Shown in pieces: positions 8,643 to 19,264 of a DNA stretch of 64,000 nucleotides. Below the pieces are notes generated by a model. It saw nothing but the letters and a program-made list of their open reading frames with translations. It did no database searches and had not been told where the DNA came from. The stretch lies in sequence record DRR723986_1328; one strand, 5' to 3'. The position numbers were made by a program, and so were the translations under genes. How positions within the stretch are numbered: position 1 is the first letter of the stretch; the number at the start of each line of letters is the position of its first letter.

Positions 8643-9733
8643 TCCTTGGACGGACCCTGTCGCTGTATTTTTCAGGGCGTTTCCTGAAGGCTATCCTCGG
8701 TCTCTTCCTGTTTGCCGCCGTCCTGATCTATCTGTTCGACGTCCTGGAACTGGTTAGACGCGGTGGTGACCGCGAAGGATTTTCCGTCCTGCGCGTTGCC
8801 ATGATCTCGGCCTTGCGGGTGCCTCTGCTGCTGGAACAGGTTATTCCCTTCACCGTCCTGTTCGGTGCAATTGCCGCCTTCGTGACGCTGAGCCGAGGCC
8901 TGGAACTGGTCGTGGCACGGGCGTCCGGCATCTCGGTCTGGCAGTTTTCTCTTCCCGCCATCCTTGTCGGGATCGTTCTCGGTATCCTGTCCATCACTGT
9001 CTACAATCCTGCGGCTGTCTGGTTTCAGCAGAAATCGGACGAGGCAGCTGCCGGTTTGTTCGGCTCGGAACAAAGTTTCCTTCTGCAGTCCTCGAACGAC
9101 GTCTGGGTTCGGCAGGACGGCCTGGACGGAGAATCAGTGTTGCTTGCCAAGCAATTGCTGGAAGGCGGCACGCTGCTGCAAGGCGTCACCATTTTCACGT
9201 TCGACAAGGACGGTACCTTCCGCGAGCGGATCGAAGCTGACGAAGCACGGCTCGGAGACCAGATCTGGTACCTGGACAATGCCATCGTCTACACGACCGA
9301 ACAGGATCCACAGCCTTACGGGCAATATCAGATCAGCACATTCCTGACTGCGACTGAAGTTCGTGAAAGCATCGGATCCCCCGAATCGATTTCGTTCTGG
9401 AATTTGCCTCGTTTCATCGAACTGGCCAGAAACGCTGGGTTACCTGCCTATCGCTACAATTTGCAGTATCAGACTCTGCTCGCCCGCCCGCTTCTTTTGG
9501 TCGCTATGATTTTGATCGCAGCGGCGGTTTCCCTTAAAGTTTCGAGGTTTGGCGGTTTGGGAAGTATGATTCTGGGTGGAATCCTTTCCGGGTTCGTGCT
9601 TTACGTTCTAACCGAACTTGCCAAGGACTTCGGGGGTGCGGGTATTGTCCCTCCCTTGGTGGCGGCCTGGGCGCCGGGAATATTTGGAGTACTCATGGGT
9701 TTGACAATTCTCTTGAATCAGGAAGACGGGTAA
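8639..9733 (+). CDS. lptG: LPS export ABC transporter permease LptG
   Basis: ELVVARASGISVWQF, PLVAAWAP, LLNQEDG ending; ATGA overlap with lptF. Confidence 0.92.
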   Translation: MILGRTLSLYFSGRFLKAILGLFLFAAVLIYLFDVLELVRRGGDREGFSVLRVAMISALRVPLLLEQVIPFTVLFGAIAAFVTLSRGLELVVARASGISVWQFSLPAILVGIVLGILSITVYNPAAVWFQQKSDEAAAGLFGSEQSFLLQSSNDVWVRQDGLDGESVLLAKQLLEGGTLLQGVTIFTFDKDGTFRERIEADEARLGDQIWYLDNAIVYTTEQDPQPYGQYQISTFLTATEVRESIGSPESISFWNLPRFIELARNAGLPAYRYNLQYQTLLARPLLLVAMILIAAAVSLKVSRFGGLGSMILGGILSGFVLYVLTELAKDFGGAGIVPPLVAAWAPGIFGVLMGLTILLNQEDG

Positions 9734-9737
9734 AGCG

Positions 9738-12113
9738 ATGACTTTTCCGGTTTTTCTGACAACAGAGACTTGGGCCAAAAAAGGCAGACTGTTGGCTGCG
9801 GCGAGCTTGTGCGCCATTGCAGCAACCCTTTGCCATGGGTACGGATCACCAGCCGCAGCGCAGGACTTGACAGCAGGTCTGGCCGGTCAAGTCGATCCCG
9901 ATGCCGAACTCCTGCTTGAATCAAGTGAGATCACTTACGATTTCGACCGCGATCTCATCGTCGCGACCGGAGATGTGCAGGTCTATTACGACGGCAGCAC
10001 CGTGCAGGCGCATCAGGTTGTCTTCGACCGCAAGAGCCAGCAGCTCAAGGCATCGGGCAATGTGATCTTCATCGAATCCAACGGCAATGTCGTGCGCACG
10101 GAAGAAATGGTCCTGTCCGAGGACTTTTCAGAAGGCTTTGCACGCGCCCTTCAGATCGACACGACGCGGCGCACACGCTTCCTGGCCGAGCAAGCCCGGC
10201 GCGAAGGCAACAACATCACGACCATCGATAACGGCGTCTATACGGTCTACACCAAACCGACCAACCCGCCGGACAAGCCGCCGCTCTGGCGCGTGCGGGC
10301 CGAGAAGATCATCCACAATCAGCAGGAAAAGATAATCCGGTTCGAGAACGCAGCCTTCGAGGTCTACGGTCAGCCGATTGCCTACCTGCCCTATCTGTCG
10401 ATGCCGGATCCGTCCGTCACCCGAAAGTCCGGTTTCCTGATGCCCAGCGGCATTGTGTCCGACAAACTCGGGTATGGCGTAAGCGTTCCCTATTACTGGG
10501 CGCTCAGCCCCTATTACGATGTGACGACCATTCTGACGCCGCTCACCAAGCAGGGCGTGTTCGGCGATGTCGAATATCGTCATCGGTTTGCCGCTGGCGA
10601 AGTGAGTGTTTCTGCGGCTGGCCTGTTTCAGGCGCAGCCGAGCAACTTCACGACGGACCGTGCTGACGATCGTTGGCGTGGTGCGGTCAATTCGACCGCC
10701 TCCTTCAGCATTGCGCGCGACTGGACCCTCGGCTGGAACCTGACCTACAAGAGTGACCGTCAGTTCTTCAAGGACTACTCGTTCACCAGTTTTGGCGACA
10801 ACGGCGAGACCTCCACGATCTATCTGGAAGGCAAGACCGACCGTAACGCGCTGTCTGTCAAAGCCTATGCGTATCAGATCTCCCAGGAGGACTATACGGA
10901 CAGCCAGTTCAACGCCAATGGCTTCTCTCCGGTCGGCAGCTCCCTGCAGGACAAGCAGCCGCTCGTTCTGCCCGTGATCGACTATGACTATGTGTTCGCG
11001 GATCCGATCCTCGCCGGTGAGTTGGCACTGACCGCCAACTTCACCTCGCTGACACGCGATGAAACGGATGCTTTCTCCATTGATGGCGGCACAACCGCGA
11101 AATTCCGTGGTATCGACGGCACCTTCTCGCGCGTGTCCGTGAAGGGGAACTGGCGCCGCACATTCATCGATCCGCTTGGACAGTCGTTCACGCCGTTTGC
11201 CTATATGCGCGGTGACCTGTTCTTTCTGGCCTCACCCGATTCTGACGTGACCGCTCTCACAGGCGAAAGTTTCGTCGGCCGTGCAATGCCCGCAATCGGC
11301 CTGGAATACCGCTATCCGTTCATTGCAACCTTCAACGGCGGCAACCAGATCCTGGAGCCTGTCGCCCAGGTTGTGGCCCGTCCGAACGAGCAGCGGATCG
11401 GCGAACTGCCGAACGACGACGCGCAAAGCATCGTCTTTGATACGACGACCCTGTTCGACTACGACAAATTCTCGGGCTTTGACCGCGCCGAAGGCGGCAC
11501 ACGTCTTAACGTCGGCCTGAACTACAAGCTGCAACTGGATAGCGGCTACTATGTCAGCGGCCTGTTCGGCAGGTCCTATCAGCTTGCCGGCGACAACTCC
11601 TATGCCATTCCGGACATACTCGGTGCGACGCAGGATTCCGGTCTGGAAACTTCCTTGTCCGATTACGTTGGCAGCCTTTATCTGGACACGCAATACGGTG
11701 TGAAGGTCGGCGCCCAGGCCCGGCTCGACAAGGAAGATTTCACCGTAAACCGGATACAGGCACAGGCCAGCGGTATCTACGGCCCGGTCGTGTCCTCCCT
11801 AGCCTATGCTTTCCTGAACGCGCAGCCGGATGTCGGGATCGATGATCCGCGAGAGGAACTGCTAGGCTCCGCAAGCCTTCGCCTTGAGGAAAACTGGCGC
11901 ATTTTCGGCTCCATGCGATACGATCTGCAAAACAGCAACATCGTGCAGGACGGTCTCGGGATCGGTTATGACGACGAAGGTTTTTCGCTGTCCGTCACCT
12001 ATGCTGAAGACCGCAGCCGCAACGATGGCGATGACGTCAACCGGACGCTTTACTTCCGCATCGGGTTGAGGACCATCGGCACGACACAGGTTTCAAGCGG
12101 CGCTCTCAACTAG
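9738..12113 (+). CDS. lptD: LPS assembly outer-membrane protein LptD
   Basis: OstA-like N-domain, RKSGFLMP, PYYWAL, PNDDAQS, DKFSGFDRAEGG; beta-barrel pattern. Confidence 0.94.
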   Translation: MTFPVFLTTETWAKKGRLLAAASLCAIAATLCHGYGSPAAAQDLTAGLAGQVDPDAELLLESSEITYDFDRDLIVATGDVQVYYDGSTVQAHQVVFDRKSQQLKASGNVIFIESNGNVVRTEEMVLSEDFSEGFARALQIDTTRRTRFLAEQARREGNNITTIDNGVYTVYTKPTNPPDKPPLWRVRAEKIIHNQQEKIIRFENAAFEVYGQPIAYLPYLSMPDPSVTRKSGFLMPSGIVSDKLGYGVSVPYYWALSPYYDVTTILTPLTKQGVFGDVEYRHRFAAGEVSVSAAGLFQAQPSNFTTDRADDRWRGAVNSTASFSIARDWTLGWNLTYKSDRQFFKDYSFTSFGDNGETSTIYLEGKTDRNALSVKAYAYQISQEDYTDSQFNANGFSPVGSSLQDKQPLVLPVIDYDYVFADPILAGELALTANFTSLTRDETDAFSIDGGTTAKFRGIDGTFSRVSVKGNWRRTFIDPLGQSFTPFAYMRGDLFFLASPDSDVTALTGESFVGRAMPAIGLEYRYPFIATFNGGNQILEPVAQVVARPNEQRIGELPNDDAQSIVFDTTTLFDYDKFSGFDRAEGGTRLNVGLNYKLQLDSGYYVSGLFGRSYQLAGDNSYAIPDILGATQDSGLETSLSDYVGSLYLDTQYGVKVGAQARLDKEDFTVNRIQAQASGIYGPVVSSLAYAFLNAQPDVGIDDPREELLGSASLRLEENWRIFGSMRYDLQNSNIVQDGLGIGYDDEGFSLSVTYAEDRSRNDGDDVNRTLYFRIGLRTIGTTQVSSGALN

Positions 12114-12261
12114 GCCATCTGACTGACCGTAGGTCATCATGCCGCCATGAAAAAAGGCATGATGCGTGGAACCTTTGAAATTTCGGGCATGATATGCGAA
12201 ACATCATGTCATAAAACAACGAACTTCGGTTTGGCCTCAAGCCAGCACGGATGGTTATTCA

Positions 12262-13182
12262 ATGCGACTTCGTATCGTTCCGGTATTCTTTGGACTAGCT
12301 TTGATCCTGGCAACGCCGCTGGCAACGCCTTCCCATGCAGCGATCAAGATCATCGTCAACGATGTGCCGATTACCGACTACGACATCAGCCAACGCGCCC
12401 GGCTGATTACAATGACCCAGCGCAAGTCCGCATCCATCGCCAAAAAGCAGGCGGAAGAGGAACTGGTCGACGACCAGGTCAAACTTGCCGAAGCCGAGCG
12501 TGTCGGCGTTGACGTCAGCCAGTCGGAAGTCGACAACGCTTTCAACAACATTGCCCGAAATGTGAAGATGTCTCCGGCCCAGCTTTCCAAGGCGCTTCGC
12601 AGTGGCGGTGTTCAGCCGGATACCTTGAAGGAACGACTCAAGGCGCAGCTTGCTTGGAACCAGGTGTTGCGGTCCCGTTTCAGTGGCCGGATCGAAGTGG
12701 ATGAATCGGACGTGATCGCGGCCCTGAAGAAGACCGACGAGGAAGACCGTCAGAAGTCCGTGGAATATGACCTCAAAAGGGTCATTGTCGTGGTACCGAA
12801 AAACTCCTCCGGTGGTTTCAAGTCCAAGCGCAAGAATGAGAGCAACCAGATCCGGGCTGCTTTCAACGGCTGCGATGAATCCGGCGCCATTCTCGGCAAG
12901 TACAGCGAAGTGGTTGTGCAGCCTATCGGACGCCGCCTCGAAACCGAGCTGCCGGAAGACATGCGCGCCGAAATCGAAAAAATGACACCGGGCAAGTTGA
13001 CGAAACCGTCCACCACGCCCGTCGGTTACGAAATGATCGCGGTTTGCGGAAAACGCGAAATCGCCTCGGACATAGCCGTTCGCACGGAACTTGAAAACGA
13101 GCTGCGACAGAAGGAAGGCGAAAGCCAGTCCCGTCGGTATCTCCTGGAAATCCGCCGTCGTTCCACCATCATTTATCGCTGA
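12262..13182 (+). CDS. surA: SurA-family periplasmic chaperone
   Basis: Signal peptide, VNDVPITDYDI, position between lptD and pdxA. Confidence 0.8.
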   Translation: MRLRIVPVFFGLALILATPLATPSHAAIKIIVNDVPITDYDISQRARLITMTQRKSASIAKKQAEEELVDDQVKLAEAERVGVDVSQSEVDNAFNNIARNVKMSPAQLSKALRSGGVQPDTLKERLKAQLAWNQVLRSRFSGRIEVDESDVIAALKKTDEEDRQKSVEYDLKRVIVVVPKNSSGGFKSKRKNESNQIRAAFNGCDESGAILGKYSEVVVQPIGRRLETELPEDMRAEIEKMTPGKLTKPSTTPVGYEMIAVCGKREIASDIAVRTELENELRQKEGESQSRRYLLEIRRRSTIIYR

Positions 13183-13188
13183 TCCTAC

Positions 13189-14208
13189 ATGCGCTCCAAC
13201 CAGAAGCCGATCGCCGTCAGTATGGGAGAACCTGCCGGGATCGGCCCGGACCTGGCTCTGATTGCATGGGCTAATCGCAAAGCTCTCGGATTGCCGCCAT
13301 TCTACATTCGCGGTGACGAAGCCCTGCTGCACGAACGTGCACAGAGAATGGGCCTGAACGCGCGGCTCAGGCTGGTGGAGCAGGACGAAGCCGTTGCGAC
13401 TTTCACCAAAGCTTTGCCCGTTGTACAGACCGGGCCGGCCCTACCCGACCAGCCAGGTGTGGAAGCGCCTGAAACGGCAGCTTCCGTTGTTGCTGCTATT
13501 GAAGGATGTGTCGACGATATAAAGTCCGGCCATGCCTGTGCGCTCGTAACCAGTCCGATCAACAAGGCTGCGCTTTACCGAACCGGCTTCGCCTTCCCCG
13601 GCCATACGGAATATCTGGGCTCCCTTGCAGAGATGCACTGGCCCGGAGAACCGGCAAAACCCGTGATGATGATTGCCGGCCCGGAGTTGATGGTGGTTCC
13701 GGTCACCATTCACATTCCAATTCGCGATGTTCCGACATCTCTCACGACTGAACTTATCGTTGAGACTGCGGAAATTACCGTACGCGACCTCAAGACCCGG
13801 TTTGGCTACACGTCGCCACGATTGGCGATTTGCGGGCTGAACCCTCATGCGGGTGAAAACGGCTCGATGGGAACAGAAGACCGCGACATTATCGAGCCAG
13901 CCATTTCTCGCCTGCGAGCGATGGGTATCGAGGCGACAGGTCCGCATCCAGCCGACACTCTGTTTCACCCGCCCGCACGGCAGCATTATGACTGCGTGCT
14001 TGGCATGTATCACGACCAGGTGTTGATACCGGCGAAGACCATCGGTTTCGACGAGAGCGTCAATGTCACGCTGGGTCTGCCTTTCGTGCGCACCTCTCCC
14101 GACCATGGCACGGCATACAACCTGGCTGGAACCGGCACCGCCCGGGTCGACAGTTTCGCTGCGTCCTTGCGCATGGCGGATGTGCTTGCCAACCCCGAGC
14201 GGTTCTAG
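13189..14208 (+). CDS. pdxA: 4-hydroxythreonine-4-phosphate dehydrogenase
   Basis: [37 protein letters not shown]. Confidence 0.96.
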   Translation: MRSNQKPIAVSMGEPAGIGPDLALIAWANRKALGLPPFYIRGDEALLHERAQRMGLNARLRLVEQDEAVATFTKALPVVQTGPALPDQPGVEAPETAASVVAAIEGCVDDIKSGHACALVTSPINKAALYRTGFAFPGHTEYLGSLAEMHWPGEPAKPVMMIAGPELMVVPVTIHIPIRDVPTSLTTELIVETAEITVRDLKTRFGYTSPRLAICGLNPHAGENGSMGTEDRDIIEPAISRLRAMGIEATGPHPADTLFHPPARQHYDCVLGMYHDQVLIPAKTIGFDESVNVTLGLPFVRTSPDHGTAYNLAGTGTARVDSFAASLRMADVLANPERF

Positions 14209-14222
14209 GGCGACAGCGATCA

Positions 14223-15074
14223 ATGGCTCAGATAGACGACCTGCCCCCGTTGCGCGACGTCATCGCCGCTCATGGTCTCAATGCGAAAAAGTCGCTGGGA
14301 CAGAACTTTCTTCTCGATCTCAATCTCACCTCTCGCATCGCCCGATCTGCCGGCAGTCTTGAAGATTGCACCGTTCTGGAAGTCGGCCCTGGTCCCGGTG
14401 GGCTGACCCGTGCCCTGCTGGCCGCAGGAGCGAAGCGGGTGATCGCGATTGAAAAGGACAGCCGTTGCCTGCCGGCTCTTGCCGAAATCTCGGCACACTA
14501 TCCGGGGCGCCTGGAAGTCATCGAAGGCGATGCCCTTGAAATCGATCCGGTGGCCCTGACAGGAGGAGACAAGGTTCGCATTGCCGCGAACCTGCCTTAC
14601 AACGTCGGCACCCAGCTGCTTATCAATTGGATCACGACACCGCAGTGGCCGCCATTCTGGTCGTCGCTGACGCTGATGTTCCAGAAGGAAGTCGGTGAGC
14701 GGATCAGCGCGCCCCCCGCGTCCAAGGCCTATGGCAGGCTTGCAGTTCTGGCAGGCTGGCGCTGCAAGGGCGGGACCCTGTTCGACATCAGCCCAAAGGC
14801 GTTCACACCGCCTCCGAAAGTGACGTCGGCTGTGGTTCATCTGACGCCAAATCCTTCGCCCCTGCCCTGCGACCTGAAAGCCCTTGAAAAGATTACCGCT
14901 GCGGCCTTTGGCCAGAGACGCAAGATGCTGCGTGCCAGCCTCAAGTCACTGACACCGGACGCAGAAAACCTCGTCACGAAGGCCGGGTTGAAACCGACGG
15001 CCCGTGCCGAAGAAATCGACATCGCCGGGTTCGTTGAACTTGCCAACACGTTCAGGGCCGCTCAGGCAGTTTGA
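14223..15074 (+). CDS. rsmA: 16S rRNA m6,2A1518/1519 dimethyltransferase (KsgA)
   Basis: [50 protein letters not shown]. Confidence 0.96.
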   Translation: MAQIDDLPPLRDVIAAHGLNAKKSLGQNFLLDLNLTSRIARSAGSLEDCTVLEVGPGPGGLTRALLAAGAKRVIAIEKDSRCLPALAEISAHYPGRLEVIEGDALEIDPVALTGGDKVRIAANLPYNVGTQLLINWITTPQWPPFWSSLTLMFQKEVGERISAPPASKAYGRLAVLAGWRCKGGTLFDISPKAFTPPPKVTSAVVHLTPNPSPLPCDLKALEKITAAAFGQRRKMLRASLKSLTPDAENLVTKAGLKPTARAEEIDIAGFVELANTFRAAQAV

Positions 15075-15267
15075 CGACTGGCAGGATGCTGGAACGTTCC
15101 GGTTTACGGCACTTGCCCGCCTGAATAGCTTTCAGGTTGTCCGGGTTATCCAACCCGAGATCCCGCATCATCCAATCCGGCATTTGGTTTCTTCGGTCAG
15201 CCTTGTCCGGACCGGTGTACCAAACGTTTCGTTTTCTTGAAAACAGGACCCTTAAAAAGCTGACCAT
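15052..15267 (-). CDS. Small basic protein, DUF1127-like
   Basis: GGGAGA RBS; 71 aa containing [11 protein letters not shown], resembling the DUF1127 core; divergent from a LysR gene; overlaps the rsmA 3' end by 23 nt. Confidence 0.5.
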   Translation of the reverse strand: MVSFLRVLFSRKRNVWYTGPDKADRRNQMPDWMMRDLGLDNPDNLKAIQAGKCRKPERSSILPVVKLPERP

Positions 15268-15344
15268 TGTCTCATCTCCCGCTGATGACGGGCAGAAGAT
15301 GTCAGAACCTTTTCTGAATGTAATTGAATGATGTTGCATGATAT

Positions 15345-15360
15345 CATTCAAAAATGAATG
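15345..15360. promoter_or_regulatory. Inverted repeat over the LysR start codon (putative autoregulatory site)
   Basis: CATTCA-aaaa-TGAATG. Confidence 0.45.
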
Positions 15361-16304
15361 AAACCGATTTTGACTGGGATGCCGTACGCGTCTTTCTTGC
15401 GGTTGCCGAAAATCAGAGCCTCAGCAAGGCCGCCCAGGTTCTTTGCTTGTCCCAACCAACCGTCGGCCGCCATATTGCGCGGTTAGAAGAACAGTTGGAC
15501 GTACAATTGTTCGATCGACGCCAGACCGGCTACGAACTGACGGGTGGTGGCCGACGTTTGATCAAGATTGCCAGATCCATGGCACGCGGAGCGGCGGACT
15601 TCAGGCGCGCGGTTGATCTGGAAAAGGTCGGCTCAAGAGAGCAGGTCTGCAGGATCACGCTCGGTGAATGGGGGCAGCATTATCTGACACGGCACGTCGA
15701 CCAGATAACCGATGGTCTTGACGGTGTCCGGATAGAATTTTTCGCGGACGATGCCTTCTGGGATCTCAGCCGGAACTCCGCCGACATCGCCATCGGGAAC
15801 AGACAGCCTAAACATCCGCACCTGATTGTCCAGAAACTGGGTGAAATCCAGTTTCACGTCTACGCCTCAAAGGACTACTGCCGAAAGCGACCGGACGCAG
15901 TTGACCCTTCGACCTGGCAGGAACAGATCTGGGCGGGATATTGCGGCAGCCGGGCGCGGCTCAAGTCCTCGCAGTTGCTCAACGCCATTCTGCTTGGCAA
16001 GACATGCCGCTACGCCGTCAACAATTCCGTATCGCTCTGCAATATTCTGAACGCCGGGCACGCCATGGGCGTTCTACCAGACTGGATCGCGGAAACGGAG
16101 GATCTGACACGCCTGACCTCCTCCCCACTCGATCAGGGAGAGTCATGGATGAGCTTTCACGAAAGACTGCGTTTCCACCCGATGCTGTCGGAGGTCAAGG
16201 ATCGCGTCGCCAAGCTCTTTCGGCAAAGGTTTTCAGAAACAGCCTCTCGAGCAGAGCAAATGGATACAACTCATGTCGCAGGTGCAGGTTCTTCGTCTTC
16301 CTAG
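15354..16304 (+). CDS. LysR-family transcriptional regulator
   Basis: DWDAVRVFLAVAENQSLSKAAQVLCLSQPTVGRHIARLEEQL HTH; ADIAI substrate domain. Confidence 0.92.
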   Translation: MNETDFDWDAVRVFLAVAENQSLSKAAQVLCLSQPTVGRHIARLEEQLDVQLFDRRQTGYELTGGGRRLIKIARSMARGAADFRRAVDLEKVGSREQVCRITLGEWGQHYLTRHVDQITDGLDGVRIEFFADDAFWDLSRNSADIAIGNRQPKHPHLIVQKLGEIQFHVYASKDYCRKRPDAVDPSTWQEQIWAGYCGSRARLKSSQLLNAILLGKTCRYAVNNSVSLCNILNAGHAMGVLPDWIAETEDLTRLTSSPLDQGESWMSFHERLRFHPMLSEVKDRVAKLFRQRFSETASRAEQMDTTHVAGAGSSSS

Positions 16305-16348
16305 CTTCTATTGACGCTGAATGGCCAGTCCAAACAGCGCTTGAGACG

Positions 16349-17065
16349 TCAGGATTTTTCGGCCAGCTCGTTTTCCAGATCATCGACCATGCCCTGAATG
16401 AGCGGACCGATTTTCGGCGAGCGGAACTGCTTCAGTCTTTCTGCTTTCAGGATTGCGCGAACGTTTTCGTAAGCGCGTTCCAGATCGTCATTCACCACAA
16501 CATAATCGTATTTCGACCAGTGGCGCATTTCACCAACCGCAGTCTTCATCCGCTTGAGGATAACAGTGTCCTCATCTTCGGCACGCCGCTTCAGACGTGA
16601 TTTCATCTCCGCAATGGACGGCGGCAGAATGAAGATGGAAACGACATCGTCACGCATCTTTTCATAGAGCTGGAAGGTTCCCTGAATATCGATGTCGAAC
16701 AGGATGTCCTTGCCATTTTCAATAGCATTTTCGACCGGTCCACGCGGTGTGGCGTAGTAGTTGCCATGCACCTCGGCCCACTCCAGCAGCTCATCGTGCT
16801 CGCGCATCTGCTCGAACCTGCCGGCATCAATGAAGTGGTAGTGCACGCCGTCAACTTCGCTGGACCTGCGTGGCCGCGTGGTCACGGAGATCGACAGGGC
16901 AAGATTGTCTTCGTTCTGCAGCAGGAGGCGCGCGATCGTCGACTTTCCGGCTCCGGACGGTGACGACAGCACCAGCATCAGGCCACGGCGCTGCTGCTCG
17001 GCCTGCTCCGCACTGACAGTGGTTCCCGTTGAGGTACCGGCAGGTGCGTCGGTCATGTGGCTCAC
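16349..17065 (-). CDS. gmk: Guanylate kinase
   Basis: SSPSGAGKST, SVTTRPRR, EVDGVHYHF, EWAEVHGNYY. Confidence 0.96.
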   Translation of the reverse strand: MSHMTDAPAGTSTGTTVSAEQAEQQRRGLMLVLSSPSGAGKSTIARLLLQNEDNLALSISVTTRPRRSSEVDGVHYHFIDAGRFEQMREHDELLEWAEVHGNYYATPRGPVENAIENGKDILFDIDIQGTFQLYEKMRDDVVSIFILPPSIAEMKSRLKRRAEDEDTVILKRMKTAVGEMRHWSKYDYVVVNDDLERAYENVRAILKAERLKQFRSPKIGPLIQGMVDDLENELAEKS

Positions 17066-17955
17066 TCCAGATTCTGTATCTGCTCACGCATTTGATCGAT
17101 AACGGACTTCAGGTCCAGCCCAATGGCTGTCAGGTCCACGTCGTTGGACTTTGAACACAAAGTGTTGGCTTCCCGGTTAAATTCCTGAGCCAGGAAATCC
17201 AGGCGCCTTCCGATTGCTCCACCGGTGTCTATCAATTCACGCACGGCTGCCACATGGGCATGCAGGCGATCCAGCTCTTCACGGATATCAGCCTTGGTTG
17301 CCAGGAAGACAGCTTCCTGATGCACGCGCTGCGGATCCAGTTGACCGTCCGAGGCATCCATCAGCTCTGCGAGCTGTCGCTTCAGCCGTGCCTTTATGGC
17401 ATCCGGTTTGCGCGCAGGCAGATCCTCGGCGGCCTGGGTCAGTTCGGCGATCCTGTCGATCTGATCTCGTACCACCTTGCCAATTGCCTGCCCCTCGCTG
17501 TGGCGCATGTCGACAAGGTCAATCAGCGCAGCATCCAGGGTCGTCAGAAGAGTGTTGTGAAGCGCTGCCTGAACCGCTTCGTCTTCTTCGGGCTCCTTGA
17601 GCTCAAAGACGCCTTTTTGCGCCAGAATGGCGTCAAGCGACGGCGGAGCAAGATCAGGTACCCGGTTCTTGAGGAGATCGATTGTCGCAAGGACAGCTTC
17701 AAGAGCCGATTCATTGACCTGGAGCTGCTGTTCGGACTGGTCTCTCTGCATGGAGAGCCCAACGGAAACATTTCCGCGCCGAAGTAGCTTGCCGCAACGC
17801 TCGCGGATCTTCGGTTCAAGCGTCTCCAAACCCGTCGGGATGCGGATACGAAGGTCAAGGGACTTGCCGTTGACAGATCTCAGTTCCCAGGTCCAGCGAA
17901 CCGGTCCGGATTCTCCAAGGGCCCGTGCAAAGCCCGTCATGCTGGCAAGTGCCAT
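17062..17955 (-). CDS. yicC: YicC-family endoribonuclease
   Basis: SMTGFA, ELRSVNGKSLD, GRRLDFLAQEFNREANTLCSK, REQIQNLE. Confidence 0.93.
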   Translation of the reverse strand: MALASMTGFARALGESGPVRWTWELRSVNGKSLDLRIRIPTGLETLEPKIRERCGKLLRRGNVSVGLSMQRDQSEQQLQVNESALEAVLATIDLLKNRVPDLAPPSLDAILAQKGVFELKEPEEDEAVQAALHNTLLTTLDAALIDLVDMRHSEGQAIGKVVRDQIDRIAELTQAAEDLPARKPDAIKARLKRQLAELMDASDGQLDPQRVHQEAVFLATKADIREELDRLHAHVAAVRELIDTGGAIGRRLDFLAQEFNREANTLCSKSNDVDLTAIGLDLKSVIDQMREQIQNLE

Positions 17956-18009
17956 GTGCCCCCCTTTGCGAATGTGCCGCCACCGGCCCGCCGCAAAGGC
18001 GGGCTCCTG

Positions 18010-19140
18010 TCAATTGGATGTGGCTGGCTGCGTTTCCTGGTTCTGCTCCGCCTGACGACGGTCTCTTTCCACCTGACGCCACTTGCGGACGTTTGCCTGG
18101 TGCTGCTCGTAGGTCTCGGCAAAGATGTGGCCACCGGTTCCGTCGGCCACGAAATAGAGATCCTGCGTGCGGGAAGGATTGGCGACCGCTTCCATGGCCG
18201 CGCGGCCCGGATTACCGATCGGTCCTGGCGGCAAGCCGTCGATCTGGTAGGTGTTGTACTTGTTGTCCGCCTTCAGCTCGGATTGCTTGATTGCCGAGCG
18301 GTCCTTGAGCCACGCTTCACCGCCATAAAGACCGTAAAGGATCGTAGGGTCGGACTGCAGGCGCATGTTCTTGTTGAGACGGTTCACGAAAACACCGGCG
18401 ACGCGCGGTCGCTCGTCTGCCAGGGCTGTTTCCTTTTCCACGATCGACGCGAGAATAACCAGGTCTTCCGGCGTTTCGACCGGCAGGCCTTCCGTCCGGC
18501 GTCCCCAGATTTCGCTCAGCAGCTTGGACTGCGCCGCTTTCATCTGGTTGAGAACTTCCTGGCGCGAGGCACCGCGTGCAAAGGTATAGGTTTCGGGAAG
18601 CAGTGCACCTTCTTCCGGAACTTCGGTAATCTCGCCTACAAGCACTGGGTGCTCGCGCACGCGCTCGATGATCTGGGCGGTGGTCCAGCCTTCCGGGATC
18701 GTTACCGAATGGGTGACGGCATTGCCTTCCACCAGATCGGTCATGATCTCCTGCATGGAGACGCCGGGCGCAAAAGCGTATTCACCGGCTTTCAGTTTGG
18801 TGGCGTTCTTGTAGAAGCGGATGCCCAGGTTGAAGATCCACTCGTCGAGCAGATTGTCACTGATGACGCCCTGCCCTGAAAGCCTGTCGGTAATACCGGA
18901 AAGCCCGGCACCTGAAGAAATCACCACGGTGGCGTCTTTCTGCAGCGGGCCCTTTTCCTCGAATTTCTGTTTGCCGAAATAAAGCGCGCCCCCGAACGCG
19001 GCAAGTCCGAACACGGTCAATGTGATGACCATGTTGATCAGAATGACGAAGGGGTTGCGTACGTGCCTGGAGCGTTGCGGAGGCGCAGGCGCCGGTTCCG
19101 GCTGCAAGGCTTCACGCGGGCTTTTGGGCTTAATGCGCAT
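18010..19140 (-). CDS. mltG: Endolytic transglycosylase MltG
   Basis: N-terminal TM, LKAGEY, TIPEG, LASIVEKET, NRLNKNMRLQSDPT, GLPPGPIGNPG; GGAGG RBS before 19140. Confidence 0.94.
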   Translation of the reverse strand: MRIKPKSPREALQPEPAPAPPQRSRHVRNPFVILINMVITLTVFGLAAFGGALYFGKQKFEEKGPLQKDATVVISSGAGLSGITDRLSGQGVISDNLLDEWIFNLGIRFYKNATKLKAGEYAFAPGVSMQEIMTDLVEGNAVTHSVTIPEGWTTAQIIERVREHPVLVGEITEVPEEGALLPETYTFARGASRQEVLNQMKAAQSKLLSEIWGRRTEGLPVETPEDLVILASIVEKETALADERPRVAGVFVNRLNKNMRLQSDPTILYGLYGGEAWLKDRSAIKQSELKADNKYNTYQIDGLPPGPIGNPGRAAMEAVANPSRTQDLYFVADGTGGHIFAETYEQHQANVRKWRQVERDRRQAEQNQETQPATSN

Positions 19141-19216
19141 ATTGGGTCGCACCTCCAAGATTGAGCCCCCAAATCCCTGACTTAGGCTCAAACGGACCAG
19201 TTGTCACAATCAAAGT

Positions 19217-19251
19217 TTCAGGCCGGCCCGAGAGAATCGGACCGGCCTGAA
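19217..19251 (-). terminator. Hairpin after fabF (terminator or mRNA stabiliser)
   Basis: TTCAGGCCGG...CCGGCCTGAA stem. Confidence 0.5.
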
Positions 19252-19264
19252 GAACTTGAATGGG

